DNA of 20,000 nucleotides from an uncultured virus (IMG/VR IMGVR_UViG_3300029305_003094) (lineage: Duplodnaviria; Heunggongvirae; Uroviricota; Caudoviricetes). The notes under the pieces were generated by a model. That model worked only from the letters and a program-made list of their open reading frames with translations, was not told where the DNA came from and ran no database searches. Numbering within the stretch: position 1 is the first letter of the stretch; the number at the start of each line of letters is the position of its first letter. The stretch lies in the IMG/VR virus record IMGVR_UViG_3300029305_003094; one strand, written 5' to 3'. Positions 16,822 through 20,000 of this stretch are shown here, in pieces. Made by a program: the position numbers and the translations under genes.

Positions 16822-17016
16822 TTATTTCAGTTCATCAAGGACAGTTGCCTTTATCACACATATCTCTGCAATGTGGACAAGATTTCTCCAATGCTCCTCA
16901 TGGCTGGATGACCAATCGTCTGCGTGGTCATGCAAGTACCGACACGCAAGGTCAAGAGCATTCTTTCCGTTCTTGATGTACTGTGCTTTCTTAGCCTCGA
17001 TTTCGTTTCTGTTCAT
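16822..17016 (-). CDS. 64-aa hypothetical protein, first gene of the lytic operon
   Basis: MNRNEIEAKK... with RBS GAAAGGAG. Confidence 0.7.
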   Translation of the reverse strand: MNRNEIEAKKAQYIKNGKNALDLACRYLHDHADDWSSSHEEHWRNLVHIAEICVIKATVLDELK

Positions 17017-17062
17017 GGTTGTTCTCCTTTCAAAATCCAAGTTGCTTGTAGCCTTTTTCGCT

Positions 17063-17143
17063 TGAGCCTTTAAATGGCTCATTGTGGCTAAAAAAATAAG
17101 TAAGCTGTCGATGTGGTTCTTTGGTGAGCCTTTTAATGGCTCA
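17063..17143. promoter_or_regulatory. Two 19-bp palindromic operators (O2 17063-17081, O1 17125-17143)
   Basis: TGAGCCTTTAAATGGCTCA and TGAGCCTTTTAATGGCTCA, 62 bp apart. Confidence 0.8.
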
Positions 17144-17148
17144 GGCAA

Positions 17149-17178
17149 ATACTATCATACCGTGTCGATATTTGTCAA
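17149..17178 (-). promoter_or_regulatory. Early lytic promoter
   Basis: TTGACA(17178-17173)-18 bp-TAGTAT(17154-17149) with TGn extension; O1 lies over +1. Confidence 0.7.
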
Positions 17179-17205
17179 TAGGTATTTTAATATTTTTCAA
17201 AGAAA

Positions 17206-17236
17206 TGTTGATTTTAATGAATCAAGGTGATACAAT
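17206..17236 (+). promoter_or_regulatory. Repressor promoter with degenerate operator O4 over the -35
   Basis: TTGATT(17208)-17 bp-TACAAT(17231) with TGn; TGTTGATTTTAATGAATCA at 17206-17224. Confidence 0.7.
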
Positions 17237-17260
17237 GATGGCAGAAAGGATGTGATTCAC

Positions 17261-17620
17261 ATGGCAAACATGACCGTGGCAACCAGAATCAAAGACAGGA
17301 GAAACGAATTGGGATGGTCGCAAAGAGAATTGGCATCTAGGATGGGATATGCCAGTAACACTACCGTTGCCAAGATTGAACAGGGCAAGGTGGATGTTTC
17401 TCAGGCTCGTCTGGAACACTTCGCTGAAGTTCTCGGTGTTTCTGTTGCTTACCTGATGGGTTGGGAGCAGATTCAAAAAAAGAATGACCAACTGGTCAAG
17501 CTGGTCATTCGCATGAGAAGGGATGAAAGATTTGCCGAAGCCGTCAAGATGCTTGACGAATTGGATGCAGACAAGTATGAGAATGTGTTCCAGATCCTAT
17601 CCGCATTCACTCAAAAGTAA
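17261..17620 (+). CDS. XRE-family prophage repressor without S24 peptidase domain
   Basis: RIKDRRNELGWSQRELASRMG...AKIEQG...LGVSVAYLMGW plus a ~50-aa helical tail; divergent from the lytic operon. Confidence 0.9.
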   Translation: MANMTVATRIKDRRNELGWSQRELASRMGYASNTTVAKIEQGKVDVSQARLEHFAEVLGVSVAYLMGWEQIQKKNDQLVKLVIRMRRDERFAEAVKMLDELDADKYENVFQILSAFTQK

Positions 17621-17710
17621 TTTGTGGACGAAGTCCAGTAGTTCAAAGTCTGTGATGCGGTCAAGTAATTCATAAATTTCTTGCTTGATTTCAACTGCGT
17701 TAATTTCCAT
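17597..17710 (-). CDS. 37-aa SOS-controlled peptide (putative antirepressor)
   Basis: MEINAVEIKQEIYELLDRITDFELLDFVHKLLLSECG; RBS GGGGGT; own promoter with LexA box; tail-to-tail overlap with the repressor. Confidence 0.75.
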   Translation of the reverse strand: MEINAVEIKQEIYELLDRITDFELLDFVHKLLLSECG

Positions 17711-17748
17711 TGAATGTACCCCCATAGGCTTAATGATTCAAAACTATC

Positions 17749-17797
17749 CAAACATCTGTTCTATTTCAAGGATAAGCTATTGCGACAAAGTTGTCAA
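17749..17797 (-). promoter_or_regulatory. Promoter of the 37-aa peptide with LexA box at +1
   Basis: TTGACA(17797-17792)-17 bp-TATCCT(17774-17769); CAAAC-ATCT-GTTCT at 17749-17762. Confidence 0.75.
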
Positions 17798-17838
17798 TAT
17801 TTCGACACGATTTTTGCTCTATGTAAATGTTACCAATG

Positions 17839-17852
17839 CGAACAACTGTTCG
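17839..17852. promoter_or_regulatory. Gram-positive LexA/DinR SOS box
   Basis: CGAAC-AACT-GTTCG matches CGAAC-N4-GTTCG. Confidence 0.8.
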
Positions 17853-18003
17853 ACTAAAACATACCACTCGATATGTCCAATAGATTGGACTTTAAATGAA
17901 TGTGGGGGAGAAAGCTGCCAACTGTCCACCCCCACACCGCTGGGTGATAGGCTGTTTCCAACCTGATAAAAGCCTATCATTTCGCCACCCAAAAATCAAC
18001 ACT

Positions 18004-18140
18004 CACAACTGATGGTTTTTGCATAACATATGTTACACCAATGCACACAACTGATGGAATTTTAACACATCTGTGCATTCGCATATCATATCTGTGCAGT
18101 TCTGTAACACATCGGTGCATTTTACTATCACAACTGATGA
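18004..18140 (+). repeat. Phased array of six ~12-bp direct repeats (~21-bp period)
   Basis: CACAACTGATGG 18004 and 18046, CACATCTGTGCA 18066, CATATCTGTGCA 18087, CACATCGGTGCA 18108, CACAACTGATGA 18129. Confidence 0.85.
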
Positions 18141-18155
18141 AATGAGAGGTTAACT

Positions 18156-18680
18156 ATGCCATTTTCAACTGAAACACTTGAAGAGAAACCCCATAACATT
18201 TGCATTAGCTGTCCACGCATCGGTCAAACTTGTGACGGTCCCAATTTCTTGGCAATGTCCGTGGAGCGGTGGTGTGAATGGTGTCGGCTTAGAAGGGACT
18301 ATTTGGGATGGAAAAACCAAAATGTCGCAGATAAGGCAAATGTGTCCAGGATGTCAGTTGACCGAATTATGGCTTGTGATGTAAAAGATTTGCGTATCAC
18401 TACAATGCAAGCTGTCACGAAGGCATTGGTGAACGGATCGTGGGGACAATCTCCTTGTGTCCTAGTTACAGAAACCGAAAAGGAAATTTATGTGGATAAT
18501 CCAGTTATCGTTGCCCAATGCCAACACTTGCAGAACACTCTTGATGCGATGGTAGAAGAAAACAAGCGAGATATGGCATCCGTTCGTGAGGAATCACAGA
18601 AAAAGATTGACTTCCTCATGGAGCAAATCACCATCAAGGATAAGCAAATAGAATGGATGTTCTCACTCAGGAAGGAATGA
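18156..18680 (+). CDS. Cys-motif + XRE-like HTH + coiled-coil protein
   Basis: CISC..C, RRDYLGWKNQNVADKANVSRMSVDRIM, C-terminal heptads; RBS GAGAGGT. Confidence 0.8.
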   Translation: MPFSTETLEEKPHNICISCPRIGQTCDGPNFLAMSVERWCEWCRLRRDYLGWKNQNVADKANVSRMSVDRIMACDVKDLRITTMQAVTKALVNGSWGQSPCVLVTETEKEIYVDNPVIVAQCQHLQNTLDAMVEENKRDMASVREESQKKIDFLMEQITIKDKQIEWMFSLRKE

Positions 18681-18684
18681 TTGA

Positions 18685-19800
18685 ATGTTATGCCGTAAGT
18701 GTAAAAAGGAAATTCCAGACGGCTCAAAGTTCTGCAACTTTTGCGGAATCAAACAGGACTATGAGAAGGCAAGCAAGAAAAGAGGAAATGGTCAAGGCAC
18801 CGTATACAAAGATAAAAACGGCAAATGGATTGCTGAGTACACCATCGGCTGGGACATCGAAACCGAAGACAACAAACTAAGCCGTAGGAAACGCAAAAAA
18901 AGAGGCTTCGCCACAAAGAACGAAGCCATTGCCTATCTGCCAAACCTAAAGCAAGATTTGCCACAACAAGATATGAATGTAAAGTTCAAGGACTTATACA
19001 AAAAATGGCTAGATGGGCATACCGAAAAGGTAACGCAATCCACCATCAACTGTTATAAATCAGCTTATAAGTATTTCTCCACCCTTTACTATGTGGAGAT
19101 ATCCAAAATCCGCACGGAACATCTGCAAAAGTGCATCGATGAATGCCCACACGGAAAGCGAACCAAAGAGAATATGAAAGCCTTGGGGACATCCCTGTGG
19201 AAATACGCAATGCAACTCGACATAGTGGACAGAAACTATGCAGAGTACATATACATCAAGAAGGAAGATTCAGCCGAAAAGATTGCGTTCTCCACAGAAC
19301 AACTCCAAGCCATGTGGGAGAATGTTGAAAAGCACCCAAACCTCAAATATGTACTTGTTCTCTGTTATACTGGAATGCGTTTGACGGAAATGCTTGAAGC
19401 AATGACAGAAAACTACAACCCCACAGATGGATATTTCATCACAGGAATAAAAACAGCTGCTGGAAAGAATCGTATCATTACCATATCACCAAAGATTAGA
19501 CCATTCTTTGATGACTTCGGCACAGGCAAGCACCTCTTCACCGAATTGTCTGCGAAGAAGTTCAGGAGCGAGATATACTACCCAGCACTTCAGGCATTGG
19601 ATTTAGATCCAATCAAAGAAGATGGAACACACATCAACACTCCTCACATCTGTCGGCACACCTTCGCCACATTGATGAAAAATGTGGATGCTCCAGCCAC
19701 AGACAAGCAGAAACTGATTGGTCATTCTAAGTTTGAAATGACCGCCCATTATACCCATACAGACCTCGGCTCATTGAAGAAAATCACGGATAATCTCTAA
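18685..19800 (+). CDS. int: Tyrosine integrase with N-terminal zinc ribbon
   Basis: CRKC...FCNFCG, RGNGQGTVY arm-binding region, YTGMR, KT, HICRHT, LIGH, TAHY. Confidence 0.95.
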   Translation: MLCRKCKKEIPDGSKFCNFCGIKQDYEKASKKRGNGQGTVYKDKNGKWIAEYTIGWDIETEDNKLSRRKRKKRGFATKNEAIAYLPNLKQDLPQQDMNVKFKDLYKKWLDGHTEKVTQSTINCYKSAYKYFSTLYYVEISKIRTEHLQKCIDECPHGKRTKENMKALGTSLWKYAMQLDIVDRNYAEYIYIKKEDSAEKIAFSTEQLQAMWENVEKHPNLKYVLVLCYTGMRLTEMLEAMTENYNPTDGYFITGIKTAAGKNRIITISPKIRPFFDDFGTGKHLFTELSAKKFRSEIYYPALQALDLDPIKEDGTHINTPHICRHTFATLMKNVDAPATDKQKLIGHSKFEMTAHYTHTDLGSLKKITDNL

Positions 19801-19815
19801 TATCAATAGGTTTCT

Positions 19816-19836
19816 GTGACCACCACGTGACCACCA
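19816..19836 (+). repeat. Tandem arm-type integrase binding sites
   Basis: GTGACCACCA at 19816 and 19827 (11-bp period), between int and the att core. Confidence 0.65.
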
Positions 19837-19877
19837 AACAGCCAAAAAACCCAGTAAAATCAAGGTTTTTACATTGT

Positions 19878-19922
19878 ATGGCATTCAAGAGGTCAGCGGT
19901 TCGATCCCGCTTATCTCCACCA
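19878..19922 (+). other. att core: 3' half of tRNA-Ala(GGC) (attR, or attP)
   Basis: ATGGCATTCAAGAGGTCAGCGGTTCGATCCCGCTTATCTCCACCA has the anticodon loop, T arm and CCA; 5' half absent. Confidence 0.88.
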
Positions 19923-19954
19923 AAATCCGGGTCTTGTGATTATTAAGTTGTCGG

Positions 19955-19995
19955 ACGAAAAATCCTGAAATCGTATGATTTCAGGATTTTTTCGT
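19955..19995 (+). terminator. Terminator-like hairpin downstream of the tRNA fragment
   Basis: AAAAATCCTGAAATC-GTAT-GATTTCAGGATTTTTT. Confidence 0.75.
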
Positions 19996-20000
19996 TATCT

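Larger units (their letters stand above)
1..19922. mobile_element. Temperate prophage (right part), integrated at tRNA-Ala(GGC)
   Basis: Canonical order integrase-repressor-cro-recombination-replication-late activator-HNH-terS-terL-portal, ending in a tRNA 3' fragment. Confidence 0.95.

Noticed and set aside
17040..17150. Riboswitch in the lytic leader
   Set aside because: No known aptamer consensus recognised; the 19-mer recurs at four promoter-related sites, which fits DNA operators better
17685..17966. 93-aa plus-strand ORF from the track
   Set aside because: No RBS; runs over the promoter, SOS boxes and hairpins, and opposes the better supported 37-aa gene
18004..18140. Repeat array as a mini-CRISPR
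   Set aside because: Units are ~12 bp with ~9-bp gaps, far too short for repeats and spacers; no cas operon
19878..19922. Intact tRNA gene
   Set aside because: Acceptor 5' strand, D arm and 5' anticodon stem are missing

Overview
This window holds the early half and packaging genes of a temperate tailed prophage (HK97-like packaging genes) from a Firmicutes host, probably Clostridia judging by the RBS style and Gram-positive SOS boxes. From right to left: an att site equal to the 3' half of tRNA-Ala(GGC), a Zn-ribbon tyrosine integrase, an HTH/coiled-coil gene behind a 21-bp phased repeat array, and a short repressor with no peptidase domain. A long leftward lytic operon follows: PAPS-reductase-like gene, cro, xis-like gene, ERF, MTase-like gene, nucleases, SSB, Holliday junction resolvase, radical SAM, replisome organizer, DnaC, late activator and dUTPase. 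Next come a rightward moron, the late promoter, a metallophosphoesterase, HNH, terS, terL and the portal. The two best observations depend on small genes missing from the ORF track. (1) A proposed induction switch made of two paralogous ~35-aa peptides that resemble the repressor's C-terminal domain; one sits under a LexA-boxed promoter and the other lies just behind cro. (2) A moron combining type I toxin-antitoxin hallmarks (35-aa membrane peptide, convergent antisense promoter, SD-sequestering 3' UTR) with a 2-TM protein and an RHH autorepressor. All function calls come from reading motifs by eye; no database searches were run.
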